DNA of 64,000 nt from an uncultured Alphaproteobacteria bacterium (GCA_963743265.1 CAVUPE010000024.1:34430-98429), one strand, 5' to 3'. Positions 9,170 through 20,983 are shown, numbered from the stretch's first letter. Numbers and translations are program-made. Notes: generated from the sequence alone by a model not told the origin.

Positions 9170-9859
9170 ATGCAGGTGACAGCGACGAGCGACGCCGAGG
9201 CGCTTGAGCGTCTTTTATCGACGCGCCATAGCTGTCGGGGGTTCCTTCGCGATTCCGTTGACGACGACACAATCGCGCAAATCCTGAGCATTGCCCAACG
9301 CACGCCGTCCTGGTGCAACGCCCAGCCATGGCAAGTGATCATCACCAAAGGCGCCGCCACCGAGCGCTTTCGCGCGGCGCTGTGCGACTACGTGACGAAA
9401 AATCCCCCTGCTCCTGACATGGCCTTTCCGCGTGAATATCGTGGCGCTTATCTCGAACGCAGGCGGGCCTGCGGCTTCGGCCTCTACGAGGCTGTCGGCG
9501 TGGCGCGCGGCGATCGGGAAGCCTACGCCAAACAGGGTTTCGAGAACTACAAGCTGTTCGGCGCGCCCCATGTCGCCATCATCACATCGGACGAGGCGCT
9601 CGGAACGTATGGCGCGGTGGATTGCGGCGCCTACGTGAATAATTTCCTGCTCGCGGCGCAGAGCCTGGGCGTCGCTTCGATTCCGCAGGCGGCGCTGGCT
9701 TCGCATTCGAAATTCGTTCGCGAGCATTTTGGTCTCGGCGACGACCGTCTGGTCGTTTGCGGGATCTCCTTCGGATATGAGGATCGCGCTTCGATGGCGA
9801 ATGGTTTTCGCACGGATCGCGCTTCCTTGGACGAAGTTGTGACATGGGTCGAGGCCTAG
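9170..9859 (+). CDS. Nitroreductase family protein
   Basis: RHSCRGF, AQRTPSWCNAQPW, FGAPHV, DCGAY, AQSLGVASIPQAALA, CGISFGY. Confidence 0.92.
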   Translation: MQVTATSDAEALERLLSTRHSCRGFLRDSVDDDTIAQILSIAQRTPSWCNAQPWQVIITKGAATERFRAALCDYVTKNPPAPDMAFPREYRGAYLERRRACGFGLYEAVGVARGDREAYAKQGFENYKLFGAPHVAIITSDEALGTYGAVDCGAYVNNFLLAAQSLGVASIPQAALASHSKFVREHFGLGDDRLVVCGISFGYEDRASMANGFRTDRASLDEVVTWVEA

Positions 9860-10239
9860 CCAGACACGCTGTCTGCCCGGTTCGTATCTGGCGGGAGGAC
9901 GCGCGACGACCTCTCATCCTGCCAGGGTGACTTGAGCTTTAGGCGCAGAATACGCCGCCGGCTGGCGGATAACCTCGGCAACCTCGCCGCGACGCGGACG
10001 GCTCATCCTATGTGGCCTGCGGGCAATGGTCGTTTTCAGGTCGCCAATTTTTTTGCTGCAATAACTTTGCTTAACCAGAAAACTGTGCTATCGTGTCCAG
10101 ATCGTCGGAAATGGCCGCCCGTCCCAAGCCGGGTCGCGGCGAGGCGAAGGATGAAAGCGAAACTACAGTTAAAATGCGCTCAAATCCCTCTGAACACAAC
10201 TCGAGACGCGAGTTGAGACCGGGGGTGCGATTTCTTATT

Positions 10240-10360
10240 TGGATTCGCCGTAACCCATTGAAAAGCCCCGATTCGGACGAATAAAACCAAATAAAACCAA
10301 GCAAAATAGCTTGGAGTGATTTGGTCTGGCTTGGTCTGGCTTGGATTTATTTGGCTTAAA
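10240..10360. repeat. AT-rich non-coding element with IHF-like box and 10-bp-phased CCAA/TTGG repeats
   Basis: taacccattgaaa at 10251; ccaa at 10287 and 10297; ttgg at 10311, 10321, 10331, 10341, 10351. Confidence 0.65.
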
Positions 10361-10378
10361 ATTCGCCTTCAGGTTGCG

Positions 10379-11135
10379 CTAGCCCCGGCCGACGAAGGGC
10401 ATCTTGGTCGCCATGATGGTCATGGTGAGGACGTTGGTCGAGAGCGGCAGGTTGGCCATATGCGCGACCGCTTCGCCGACCTCGCTCACGTCCATGGTCG
10501 GCTCGGGCGCGATGCGGCCGTCGGCCTGGCGGACCCCAAGCGTCTGCTTGCGGGCCATCTCGGTCAGCGCGTTGCCGATGTCGATCTGGCCGCAGGCGAT
10601 GTCGTGGGCGCGCCCGTCGAGCGCGATCGACTTGGTCATCCCGCTGACCGCGTGCTTGGTCGCGTTATAGGCGATCGACAGGGGCCGCGGCGTGTGGGCC
10701 GAGATCGAGCCGTTGTTGATGATCCGCCCGCCCTGCGGCTGCTGGCGCTTCATCAGGCCGAACGCGCCCTGGGCGCAGAGGAACATGCCGTTCAGATTGA
10801 CGCCGACCACCGCGCTCCATTGGGCGAAGGTCAGTTCGTCGATCGGAACCGGCGGCGCGTTCTGGCCGGCGTTGTTGAACAGAAGATCGAGGCGGCCGAA
10901 CTCGCGCTCGACTTGAGCGAACAAGGCCTTGACCGCCTCGGGGTCGCCGACGTCGGTGCTTAAGGGGAGAGCGCGGCGCCCGAGCGCCTTGACCTCGCCC
11001 GCGACCTCTTCGAGGAGCTCGCGCCGCCGCCCGGCCAGCGCCACATGCCAGCCCGGTGCGAGCCAACGCCAGCGCCGACGCCTTTCCGACCCCCGAACCC
11101 GCGCCCGTCACCAGCGCAAAACGCTCGCCGTCCAT
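10379..11135 (-). CDS. SDR family oxidoreductase; frameshift ~11055
   Basis: [54 protein letters not shown]. Confidence 0.9.
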
Positions 11136-11152
11136 GCTTCCTCCCTTAACCC

Positions 11153-12029
11153 TCAAGGAACCCGTTCTTGCCTCAGCTCCGGCGCGATCCGCCAGACGGC
11201 GGCGGCGAGCACGATCGCGCCGCCGAGTATGGTCGCCAGGCCCGGGTTCTCGCCGAAGGCGATAAACACCCACACGGGCCCAAGCACAACATCCAAGAGG
11301 CTGATGAGGCCCGCTTCCGCGGACGGGATGAACTTGGCCCCCTCCATGAAGAGGACGAAAGCGAGGCCGATCGTCGTCAGGCCGAAGACGAACAGGATCG
11401 CGAAATCATAGAGGCTGATCGCCTGAAGCGGCGAATTGGCGAGGCCGAAGATTCCGGAGCCGATGGCGCCGAGGCAGTTGACGACGATGATCGACGCGCC
11501 CGGCTGGCGGCGCTGCAAGACGATCATGCCGGCGAAGGCGAGCGTCATCAGCATCGACAAGGCCTGCCCCAGGAGACGCCCGGAACCGAGGCCGCTCGCC
11601 ACCATGACGATGATGCCGACGAGCGCCACGCCCGAGGCGGCGAGGGTGCGGGCCGAGACGCGCTCGCCGTTGATGAGGAAGCCGATCGCCGCGGCGACGA
11701 AAGGCAGGGTGGCGTAGATCACCATCACGTCGGCGATGGTCGTGGTCATCACCGAGGCGGTGTAGGCGGAGATCGCGATCATCGCCAGCAGCGCCACGAC
11801 CGGCGACAGCGCGCCGAAGCCCAAGCGGGTTGTCGAGGCGCCCGCTTCGCCATTCGATCAGGCCGACGGTCGCGATCGAGGCCGCGCCGAGGAGCGCCCG
11901 CCAGCCCATCACCGTCCAGACGTCGAGATGGGCAAGAAGGCGGGCGAACAAGCCCGCCAGGCTCCATAAGACCGTGGCGACGAGGACCAGCAGCACGCCG
12001 CGCCGGCGGGCGGACTTTTCGTCCGGCAC
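11153..12029 (-). CDS. DMT/EamA family transporter; frameshift ~11822
   Basis: GVLLVLVATVLWSLAGLFAR, ...GAKFIPSAEAGLISLLDVVLGPVWV...GENPG; about 10 TM segments over two frames. Confidence 0.88.
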
Positions 12030-12098
12030 GGAAATGTCTCCTCATCGATGGGGTCGATGAGGAGAATAGGGAGATTCGTGGCCGAGGGGAACCGGCAG

Positions 12099-13118
12099 TC
12101 AGGGCGGCGTTTGGGCGGCGCGGTCGGCGGCGCGCGCGCCTGCGATTCTTTGGACGACTCTCAGCGCATGGCCGGCAAAGCGCCCGCATGGGAGGGTCAG
12201 CGCAGAGAGCGCCGAGCGGAACGGGGCCTCGCCGCCAACGCCAAACACGATGGGTTCGCGAGTCTTGGCCGGAATCACGAGCGTGCCAAACGCCCAGTCC
12301 CAAAAAGCGAGCGCAAAGCCAAGGTTCTTATCGAAATGGGCGGGATTGGTGGAGTGATGGAGCTGGTGATGGGCGGGACTCTGCAGGATCCGGCCGGCGA
12401 CGCCGGTGAAGGCGATCCACATGTTGCTGTGCCGCAGATGACCATAGGTCAGGAGAAACGCCATGGTGAGGATGTTGCCATTCAGAAGCGTGAACGGGCG
12501 CACGCCGGGACCGAAGGCGTAGGTCATGACGCCAAACACGATTCCGGTCGCGAGCCCGATCCAGTTCATGAACACGATGATCTCGACCGGGTGCTGGCGC
12601 AGCTCGGTCAGGGTCGTCATCACCTCGGCGGAATGGTGGACCTTGTGAAACTCCCAGAGCGCTGGGATCTTGTGGAAGCCGTAGTGGGCGGACCAATAGG
12701 CAAGTTCGTAAGCCAGGAGCTGGAGCACGGTCGCGAGCGTCAGGATAATCCAGGCTGGCCAGAGAGTGGGCGCGTGAGGCCCGAATTCGCGTGTCAGCCA
12801 GGCGACGATGGCGTCGCGCCAGAAGAACAGGCCGAGGCCCAGCATGCCGTAGGCGGAGGCGAACACGACCGCGTTCAGCGCCCATAGGCGCATGTCGATC
12901 AGGGACGAGGGATGGAGGAGAATACGCCTGGGGAAGGTCGAGCGGAGGAACCCCGTCACGCTGACGCGTCGGCCGCGCGCTTGACGGCGGCCAGCATAGT
13001 AGAGCGCGGAGAACGCCAGCGCGCCGCAGAGCGCAGGCCCGCCATAGGCCGACGCTGGCCTGAAATTCTCCAGGAGCGCGCTCTCCAGCGCTGCCCAGAT
13101 GGCGACGGGACCGGACAC
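12099..13118 (-). CDS. Sterol desaturase / fatty acid hydroxylase family protein
   Basis: YWSAHYGFH, FHKVHHSAE, RQHPVE, GHLRHS, SPAHHQLHHS, KNLGFALAFWDWAFGT. Confidence 0.92.
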   Translation of the reverse strand: MSGPVAIWAALESALLENFRPASAYGGPALCGALAFSALYYAGRRQARGRRVSVTGFLRSTFPRRILLHPSSLIDMRLWALNAVVFASAYGMLGLGLFFWRDAIVAWLTREFGPHAPTLWPAWIILTLATVLQLLAYELAYWSAHYGFHKIPALWEFHKVHHSAEVMTTLTELRQHPVEIIVFMNWIGLATGIVFGVMTYAFGPGVRPFTLLNGNILTMAFLLTYGHLRHSNMWIAFTGVAGRILQSPAHHQLHHSTNPAHFDKNLGFALAFWDWAFGTLVIPAKTREPIVFGVGGEAPFRSALSALTLPCGRFAGHALRVVQRIAGARAADRAAQTPP

Positions 13119-13258
13119 GGGCCTCCTCGGCTCACGGTTGACGCAAAAAGGCTAGCGCAGGAGGCTTCTTAAAAGGTTAGAGGTGACCAGCGAAAACACA
13201 GCGCGCTGTTCACACAATCCTCGTCAAGCTGGGGCGAGCATGGAACAAATCCTCGGGC

Positions 13259-13949
13259 GTGGCGGACTGGGGCAGCTTCGCCACGACGGCGAATTCCGCA
13301 TTTCTGCTCGCTTTCTCCTCGCTGTTCTCGATCATCAACCCGATCGGCGGCGCGCTGATCTTTTATGGCTTCACCAAGGACTTCAGCTCGTTGGATCGGG
13401 TGAAGGTCGCGGCGCGCGTCGGCTTCTATTCGCTCCTGATCATGTTCGGGGCGTTGTGGACCGGGACCTACATCCTGTCCTTCTTCGGCGTCTCGATCGA
13501 CGCCTTGCGCATCGGTGGTGGGACGGTGATCGCGCTGAGCGGTTTCCAGCTCTTGACCACGAGCAATTCGCATCCGGACCAGAAAAGGCCACGAGCGGGA
13601 AGCGGCGCCAAATAGCGACGACGATCCGATGCAGCTCGCGTTCTTTCCGCTGACGTTGCCGTTCACCACCGGGCCCGGCACCATCGCCGTCGCAACCACG
13701 ATCGGCGCTGAGCGGCCGTCGAGCGGCGTCGGCCTCGTCGCCTTCTTTCTCGGCGCGAGCATCGCTGCGCTGGCCAACGCCGCAATCATCTGGATCGGCT
13801 ATCGCTTCGCCGATCGCCTGACCGGGCTGATCGGGCCCACGGCCCGACAGGTCATCGTGCGGCTGACGGCGTTCCTCCTCATGTGCATCGGCGTGCAAAT
13901 CCTGGTGACCGCGATCGGCGACCTCGTCGGCAAGTGGCGCGTCGCCTAG
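13259..13949 (+). CDS. MarC family membrane protein; frameshift ~13600
   Basis: LFSIINPIG, LSFFGVSIDALRIGGG, AFFPLTLPFTTGPGTI, RLTAFLLMCIGVQ. Confidence 0.9.
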
Positions 13950-15446
13950 AGCCGCGTCGCTTTTTCGGCCTGGTAGAGCGCGCGATAGCGCTTCAGGCGC
14001 GGGGCGTAAGCAGCGGCTCGATTCGGATCGGGGACGAATTCGCGCTGGATCGGCGGGCGCGGGCAAACCGCCTCGACGCTTCCCGCCCCCGCGGCAAGCA
14101 TGCCAAGCCTCGCCGCGCCAAGCGCCGCGCCCGCTTCCGCGCCGGAGGCGAGATCGATCGTCAAGCCGGTGACGTCGGCGATCATCTGCGCCCAGAATTC
14201 CGACCGCGCTCCGCCGCCGACAAGCAGCGGCCGGACCGGCCGCGCGCCGGCCGCGTCCAAAACGTCGACCCCGTCGGCGAACGAGAAGGCGACGCCCTCC
14301 ATGACCGCGAAGACGAGCGCGTCGGCGCCGTGCTCGGAGCGAAGACCTGCGAACATTCCGGTCGCCTCAGCGTCGTTGTGGGGCGTGCGCTCGCCGCTGA
14401 GATAGGGCAGGAAAATCGGCGCAGAAGCGACAGCGCTGGGCGCGCGTGCGAACGAATCCGCCCCTGCGATCAATCTTGCCGATGTCGCCTTCGCGCCCCA
14501 GGACGCCGGCGACCCAGGCGAGCGAGGAAGCGGCCGAGAGCATCACCGCCATGCCGTGCCAGCGATTAGGCAACGCATGGCAGAACGCGTGCAGCGTCCG
14601 CTCGGGGAGGCTGACGAAACGGTCGGTGACAGAAAAGATGACGCCCGACGTGCCGAGCGAGACGAAGCCTGCGCCCGGCGCCGTTGCGCCGACGCCGATG
14701 GCGGATGCGGCGTTGTCGCCGCCCCCGCCTGCAATCGGAACTTTGCGCCCCTCGAGGCCCCAGGCGGCGGCGATTTCCGGCGCGAGATAGGCGGAGACCT
14801 CCGAACCCTCAACTAGCCTCGGCATGGCTTTCTCAGTGAGGCCGGTCGCCGCGAGCAGCGTGTCGTCCCAGCGGCGCCGTCCGACATCGAGCCAGAGCGT
14901 GCCTGAGGCGTCCGACATCTCGGACACCGCCTCGCCCGAGAGCCGCAGGCGCACATAGTCCTTGGGCAGCAGAACCCGCTTCGTCGCCTTGGCGATCTCG
15001 GGCTCATGCGCGGCGACCCACAGCATTTTTGGCGCGGTGAAGCCGGGCATGGCGAGATTGCCGGTGCGCTGTTCCAGATCGGGGACGCGCCGCTTGAGCT
15101 CGGCGCATTCGGCGAACGACCGCCCGTCGTTCCACAAAATCGCGGGTCTGAGCGGTTTGTCCTGCGCGTCGAGCAGCGTCGCGCCATGCATATGGCCCGA
15201 TAGACCGACGCCGGACAGTTTCGCGAAGTCAGTCGGAGCCTGGCTCCGAATGGCGGCGACGGCCGCCTCGACTCCCTCGACCCAGTCGGAAGGGTTCTGC
15301 TCGCTCCATAACGGATGAGGGCGCGAAACGCTGAGCGGGATCGAAGCTTCGGCCAGCACGCGCTGTCCGAAATCGACAAGCAGCGCCTTCACCGAGGAGG
15401 TGCCGATGTCGAGCCCCAGAAACGTCTCGCTTGTTCGCTCAGTCAT
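13946..15446 (-). CDS. xylB: Xylulokinase; frameshift ~14473
   Basis: LGLDIGTSSVK, GLSGHMHG, RPAILWNDGR, MPGFTAPK, LLPKDYVR, GGGDNAA, SLGTSG, FCHALP, FLPYLSGERTPHND. Confidence 0.92.
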
Positions 15447-15476
15447 CGCCGCCTCCCGTGAGGAGGCCACCATAAA

Positions 15477-15508
15477 CAAAAAGCCCCGGCGTTGTCGCCG
15501 AGGCTGAG
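15477..15508 (-). terminator. Terminator downstream of the cold-shock gene
   Basis: agccccggc/gccgaggct hairpin with an adjacent A-run (U-run on the minus strand). Confidence 0.6.
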
Positions 15509-15536
15509 TATCTTAGCGCGCCAGATTGGAAGGAAA

Positions 15537-15746
15537 TCAGGCGACCTGCAGGTTGCCAGCCGACGAGCGCCCGGTGCGCTTGTCAGCGACAATCTCATAG
15601 GCGACCTTCTGCCCTTCGTTGAGTTCGCGGAGCCCCGCGCGCTCAACGGCGCTGATATGGACAAACACGTCCTTGCCGCCGTCGTCAGGCTGGATGAAAC
15701 CAAAGCCTTTCGTTGCGTTGAACCATTTGACGGTTCCCGTAGCCAT
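15537..15746 (-). CDS. cspA: Cold-shock protein
   Basis: [38 protein letters not shown]. Confidence 0.95.
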   Translation of the reverse strand: MATGTVKWFNATKGFGFIQPDDGGKDVFVHISAVERAGLRELNEGQKVAYEIVADKRTGRSSAGNLQVA

Positions 15747-15986
15747 AGATGCAGTCCCATAGATCAAAGTTGAAGTGAGCGGCCGGATGTCGCCAGTCCG
15801 CTATCGGTGCGGAAGGCTTCCTCGTCGCGCCGCAAGACGCGATGTCGAGTCGTCAGTCGGACATCGATGCCAGCCCGGATAGCCAGACAAAATGTTAAAA
15901 TCAAGACAGCCGCCGCCAGCGTTACGACGACTTCATCGGCGGTTGGCGCCTCGCATTTCGGCGCCCGACGAGTGGACGAAAAGCGC

Positions 15987-17274
15987 TCATAGCCTTGCGC
16001 CGACGGCATGGGCGATTTGGGCGCCTGCCTCGTAATACGCCTCCCTGAGGGCCGGCAGCGCGGGCGCGTCCGGGTCGGTGACTGGGAGCGGCAGGTCCTT
16101 TTCGCTCAGTTTGCCGAGAATATGATCGGCGAGGACGCGCCCGAACACGGTGCCGGTGCCGATGCCCCTGCCATTATAGCCGCAGAAGCTGACGACGTTC
16201 TCGGCCAGGCGATGGAAGCGCGGCAGCGCGTTCGAGGTCATGCCCATCATTCCGTACCATTGCGCCTCGAACTCGACCTCGCCGATTTGCGGAAACGTCT
16301 TCTTGAGCGCGCGCTTGGCCCAGGCGCGGTGGACCTCAAGACCAGCGAGGCGCAGCGCCCCGATGCTGCCGAAGAGAAGCCGTCCGGCCTGATCGAAACG
16401 GAACGAGTTCATGATCATCCGCGTGTCCCAGCAGCCCTCGCGGCCCGGCAGGATCGCGGCCCTGAGCTCATGCGCTCAGCGGGCGGGTGGCGAAATTGAA
16501 ATAGGGAATGCGGATCTGCTCCCGCTTCCCCTGCGGCCACGGCGCGCCCTGGGCGTAGGCGTCAGTCGCGACCGCGACCCAGTCGGCCGCGACCGTCCCG
16601 CTATCGGTCGTAAGCGTCCAAAACTTGCCGGTTCGCTCAGCCGAACGCACCGGGCTCTGCGTGTGGATCGCGGCGCCCGCGGCGAGCGCCGCGCTCGCCA
16701 GGCCGCGCGCATAGGCGAGCGGTTGAATGGTGCCGGCGCGCAAATCGAGCAGCGAGCCTGCATAGATGTCGACGCCGATGCGCCGCGCCGTCTCCTCGCG
16801 GCTGAGAACTTTCACAGGCGCCCCGCGTGCGCCCCATTGTGCGTGGCGCTCTTCGATCTTGGCCATGCCCGACTGCCCGCTCGCGCAATGCAGCGTGCCG
16901 TTGCGCACGAATTCGCAGGCGATCCCGTGCGTGTTGACGAGCGCCTCAACCTCGGAGGGCCCATCGCCAAGCAACTTGAGCAGCCGCTCGCCATAGTCGG
17001 CGCCGAGCCTCGTCGCGACGTCGTCGGGCGCGAGCCACATGCCGGCGTTGACCAGGCCGACATTGCGCCCTGCGCCGCCAAAGCCGATTTCGACCGCCTC
17101 CAGCGCGACGACCTTCGCTCCTGCCTCCGCGAGATGCAGCGCGGTCGAGAGTCCCGTATAGCCGCAGCCGATAATTGCGACATCGGCCCGCGCCTGGCCC
17201 TTGAGGGGCGAGGTCGGCGGCGCGGGCGGAGCGGTTATTTCCCAGAGGCCGTGCGAGAGCGGATCGTTGTTCAT
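15987..17274 (-). CDS. FAD-dependent oxidoreductase, L-pipecolate oxidase (AmaA)-like; frameshift ~16470
   Basis: IIGCGYTGLS, GRNVGLVNAGMW, GTIQPLAYARGLA, GYNGRGIG; divergent from gcdH. Confidence 0.8.
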
Positions 17275-17472
17275 GCCGCCGATGATAGCGGAGATTTTTC
17301 GCTGATGAGAACTGCGAGGACTGCTGGCGACTTTGAATGAGAACGACGCTGCTTCGTGAGTTCCTCCCGATTAAGTCCGACCAGCGCGCGCCTCGACGTT
17401 GCTCGACGCGCCGAATAGAACAGAGGCTGACCCCGCCGGATCAGCTGGACCCGGCCCTAGGAGGCAGATGGA

Positions 17473-18675
17473 ATGAGCTCCTTTCACGGACCGGATCTCG
17501 GCCCCTTTCAGTGGGACGATCCTCTCCTGCTCGACGCCCAGCTCACCGAAGACGAGCGGATGATCCGCGACACGGCGCGCGACTTCGCCGCGAAGGAGCT
17601 CGCGCCCCGCGTCCAGAAGGCCTATCTCGAGGAAAAGACCGACCCGGAGCTGTTCAGGCTTATGGGCAAATCGGGCCTGCTCGGGGTGACGCTGCCGGAG
17701 GAGTTCGGCTGCGCCGGCGCAGGCTATGTCTCCTACGGCCTCGTCGCACGCGAGGTCGAGCGGGTCGATTCCGGCTTCCGCTCGATGATGAGCGTGCAAA
17801 GCTCGCTCGTCATGTACCCGATCCACGCCTATGGCGATTCCGACCAGCATCGCAAATACCTGCCGGGCCTCGCGCGGGGCGAACTCATCGGCTGCTTTGG
17901 CCTCACCGAGCCGAACGCCGGCTCCGATCCGGGCGGCATGACCACGCGGGCCGAGAAGATCGACGGCGGCTACCGGCTCACCGGCTCGAAGATGTGGATC
18001 AGCAACGCCCCGATCGCCGACGTCTTCGTCGTGTGGGCGAAATCGCGCGCGCACGACGATAAGATTCGCGGCTTCATCCTCGAAAAGGGCATGAAGGGGC
18101 TCTCCGCGCCGAAGATCGAGGGCAAGCTGTCGTTGCGCGCCTCGGTCACCGGCGAGATCGTGATGGACAACGTGGAAGCGCCGGAGAGCGCGCTGCTGCC
18201 GAACGTCGCCGGCCTGAAAGGGCCGTTCGGCTGCCTGAACCGCGCGCGCTACGGCATATCCTGGGGCGCGATGGGGGCGGCGGAGGATTGCTGGCACGGC
18301 GCCCGCCAATACGGCCTTGACCGGAAGCAGTTCGGCCGGCCGCTCGCTCAGACCCAGCTCTTCCAGAAGAAGCTCGCCGACATGCAGACCCGGATCGCGC
18401 TCGGCCTTCAGGCGTCGCTCAGGGTCGGGCGGCTGATGGACGAGGGCAGGGCGGCGCCGGAGATGATCTCGCTCGTCAAGCGCTCGAATTGCGGCGATGC
18501 GCTCGATATCGCGCGGGCCGCGCGCGACATGCACGGGGGCAACGGGATCCAGATCGAGTACAAGGTCATGCGTCACCTCGCCAACCTCGAGACGGTCAAC
18601 ACCTACGAGGGGACGCACGACGTTCACGCGCTGATCCTGGGGCGCGCGCAAACCGGCCTGCAGGCGTTCTTTTGA
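17473..18675 (+). CDS. gcdH: Glutaryl-CoA dehydrogenase
   Basis: [68 protein letters not shown]. Confidence 0.92.
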   Translation: MSSFHGPDLGPFQWDDPLLLDAQLTEDERMIRDTARDFAAKELAPRVQKAYLEEKTDPELFRLMGKSGLLGVTLPEEFGCAGAGYVSYGLVAREVERVDSGFRSMMSVQSSLVMYPIHAYGDSDQHRKYLPGLARGELIGCFGLTEPNAGSDPGGMTTRAEKIDGGYRLTGSKMWISNAPIADVFVVWAKSRAHDDKIRGFILEKGMKGLSAPKIEGKLSLRASVTGEIVMDNVEAPESALLPNVAGLKGPFGCLNRARYGISWGAMGAAEDCWHGARQYGLDRKQFGRPLAQTQLFQKKLADMQTRIALGLQASLRVGRLMDEGRAAPEMISLVKRSNCGDALDIARAARDMHGGNGIQIEYKVMRHLANLETVNTYEGTHDVHALILGRAQTGLQAFF

Positions 18676-19823
18676 GCACGAGCGCGCTCGCTGGCGTCCG
18701 GGTCCTCGAGCTTGCGCGGGTGCTCGCCGGCCCGACGACCGGGCAGACGCTTGCAGATCTCGGCGCCGACGTCATCAAGGTCGAGAGCCCGGAGGGCGAC
18801 GAGACGCGCGCCTGGGGGCCGCCGTTCATCGAGACCGAGGGCAAGCGGTCGGCCGCCTATTTCCATTCTTGCAATCGCGGCAAACGCTCGATCGTGGCCG
18901 ATTTTACGACCGAACGCGGACGCGAGATCGTGCGGCGCCTTGCGGCGCGCTCCGACGTGCTCATCGAGAATTTCAAGGTCGGCGGCCTGCAGAAATTCGG
19001 CCTCGACTACGAGAGCCTGAAAACGATCAATCCGCGCCTCATCTATTGCTCGGTGACCGGTTTCGGGCAGACGGGGCCTTACGCGAAGCGCGCCGGCTAC
19101 GATTTCCTCATCCAGGGCATGTCGGGAATTATGAGTATCACCGGCGAGCCGGACGGGTCGCCGCAGAAGGCGGGTGTTGCGATCAGCGATCTCTTCACCG
19201 GGCTTTACGGCGTCATCGCCATTGAGGCGGCGCTGATCGCGCGCGAGCGCAGCGGCAAGGGCCAGCACATCGACCTTGCGCTGTTCGACTCGATGATCAC
19301 GATGCTCGCCAATCAGGCGATGAACTTTCTCGCGTCTGGCCGATCGCCCAAGCGGATGGGCAACGCCCATGTCAATCTCGCGCCCTACCAGACGCTTCCG
19401 GTCGCGGACGGCTGGTTGATCGTGGCGGTCGGCAACGACGGACAGTTCGCGCGGCTCTGCGGAGTGCTGGGCTTGGAGGGAATGGCGCGCGATCCGCGCT
19501 TTGCCACCAACCCCGGGCGGGTGACGAACCGCATCGAGATGGATCGCGAACTCACGGCAACGACCTCTTCATGGAAGCGCGACGAGCTTCTCGCTGCGCT
19601 CGAAAAGGCGGTCGTGCCAGCCGGGCCGATCAACACAATCGCCGATTTGTTCGAGGACCCCCAATTCAAGGCGCGCGGCATGCGGATCGAGCCGCAGGGA
19701 ACACCTGGCCTTCGAAGTCCGATCCTGATGAGCGACAATCCGCTTGCGCTTGACCGCCGTTCGCCAACGCTCGGCGAGCATCAAAACGAGATCCTGCGCG
19801 AGCTCGGACTTGAGGAAGACTAA
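18672..19823 (+). CDS. CaiB/BaiF family (class III) CoA-transferase, probably glutarate CoA-transferase
   Basis: RVLAGP...[12 protein letters not shown]...[32 protein letters not shown]; TTG start overlaps the gcdH stop. Confidence 0.9.
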   Translation: MSTSALAGVRVLELARVLAGPTTGQTLADLGADVIKVESPEGDETRAWGPPFIETEGKRSAAYFHSCNRGKRSIVADFTTERGREIVRRLAARSDVLIENFKVGGLQKFGLDYESLKTINPRLIYCSVTGFGQTGPYAKRAGYDFLIQGMSGIMSITGEPDGSPQKAGVAISDLFTGLYGVIAIEAALIARERSGKGQHIDLALFDSMITMLANQAMNFLASGRSPKRMGNAHVNLAPYQTLPVADGWLIVAVGNDGQFARLCGVLGLEGMARDPRFATNPGRVTNRIEMDRELTATTSSWKRDELLAALEKAVVPAGPINTIADLFEDPQFKARGMRIEPQGTPGLRSPILMSDNPLALDRRSPTLGEHQNEILRELGLEED

Positions 19824-19865
19824 GCGCGGCTTGACGGCGCTCAAGCGCGGGCGGCAAATCGACGC

Positions 19866-20471
19866 ATGAGCGCGATTCGAAACATTTGCGTCTATTGCGG
19901 ATCGAGCGACGGCGCCGACGCGCGGTTCGGCGAGGCGGCGGAAGACCTCGGACGCACGCTCGCGACCGAGGGTGTCGGCTTGGTTTATGGCGGCGGCGGT
20001 GAAGGGCTGATGGGACGCCTCGCCAGGTCGACGCTCGCGGCTGGCGGCTATGTTACCGGGATCATTCCGAGCTTCCTCATCCGCAAGGAACATCCGCTGA
20101 CCGATGTCCAGGAGATGCTGGTCGTCGACAACATGCACGAACGCAAACAGGCGATGTTCGACCGCGCCGACGCCTTTGTCGCCTTGCCGGGCGGCGTCGG
20201 CACGGTGGAAGAGCTGGTCGAACAGCTCACCTGGGCCCAGCTCAATCGCCACACGAAGCCGATCCTCATCGTCGATATCGGCGGCTTCTGGCGCCCGCTG
20301 CTTGCGCTATTCGCCCACATGCGTCTCCAAGGCTTCATTCGCGAGGGCTTCGACGTGCGCTACATGGTTGCAGAGCAAATAGAGGACGTGCTGCCGATGC
20401 TGCACGCCGCCGCCGACCGGCGCTCAGCCGAGCCCGAGCCTCAGGACCCGGTCTCCCCTCGCAACATGTAA
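19866..20471 (+). CDS. LOG family (TIGR00730) nucleotide phosphoribohydrolase
   Basis: ICVYCGSS, LVYGGG..GLMG, MHERK, PGGVGTVEE. Confidence 0.92.
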   Translation: MSAIRNICVYCGSSDGADARFGEAAEDLGRTLATEGVGLVYGGGGEGLMGRLARSTLAAGGYVTGIIPSFLIRKEHPLTDVQEMLVVDNMHERKQAMFDRADAFVALPGGVGTVEELVEQLTWAQLNRHTKPILIVDIGGFWRPLLALFAHMRLQGFIREGFDVRYMVAEQIEDVLPMLHAAADRRSAEPEPQDPVSPRNM

Positions 20472-20584
20472 TGTCAGGGCGCGCCAGTGGCGGCTACACT
20501 GAGGTCTGAGGTCTGCCTTCGCCATCCTTGCGCCATCGTCGCGAGCGCAAGGTCGCGGCTCGACCGTGGGGCGGGAGGAGATTG

Positions 20585-20983
20585 ATGACGAGATGGACCT
20601 TGGCGGCGGCGCTTGGCGGAGCTTTATGCGGCCTCATCGTCGCGCCGGCGCTGGCGCAGAACGCGGCGCCGGCCGCAGCCATGCCCACCAAGCTCAGGCC
20701 CAAGACTTCGGAGCCCAAGACTTCGGAGGGCGCGTCCACGGTCACGCTGGTGGTGACGAACGCGCGCAAAGCCGATCTCGTCCAATTGCAGGCGACTGAG
20801 AGCGGCTTGGTGAGCTGGAAGAAAGTGCTCGGCGCGCTGAAATCCGGCAGTCACGCATCGGCTCAATTGCCGCGACCCTTCAATTGCCGCGTCGACTTGC
20901 ATGGAACCTTCAGCGACGGCCAGTCGATGGACGCGTCGGACGTCAATGTCTGCGAGCAAAAGACGCTCAACCTGACCGACTAG
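20585..20983 (+). CDS. Exported hypothetical protein with two Cys
   Basis: Signal peptide ending ALA-Q; ...CRVDLHGTFSDGQSMDASDVNVC. Confidence 0.7.
   Translation: MTRWTLAAALGGALCGLIVAPALAQNAAPAAAMPTKLRPKTSEPKTSEGASTVTLVVTNARKADLVQLQATESGLVSWKKVLGALKSGSHASAQLPRPFNCRVDLHGTFSDGQSMDASDVNVCEQKTLNLTD

Noticed and set aside
15764-16009. 81-aa ORF upstream of cspA
   Set aside because: It overlaps the oxidase 3' end and has no clear RBS or motif; more likely the cspA promoter and long 5' UTR.
17371-18651. Long antisense ORFs (e.g. 3220-4623, 17371-18651, 22904-24277, 50689-52053)
   Set aside because: Shadow ORFs of high-GC codon usage opposite well-supported genes; Arg-rich and without motifs.
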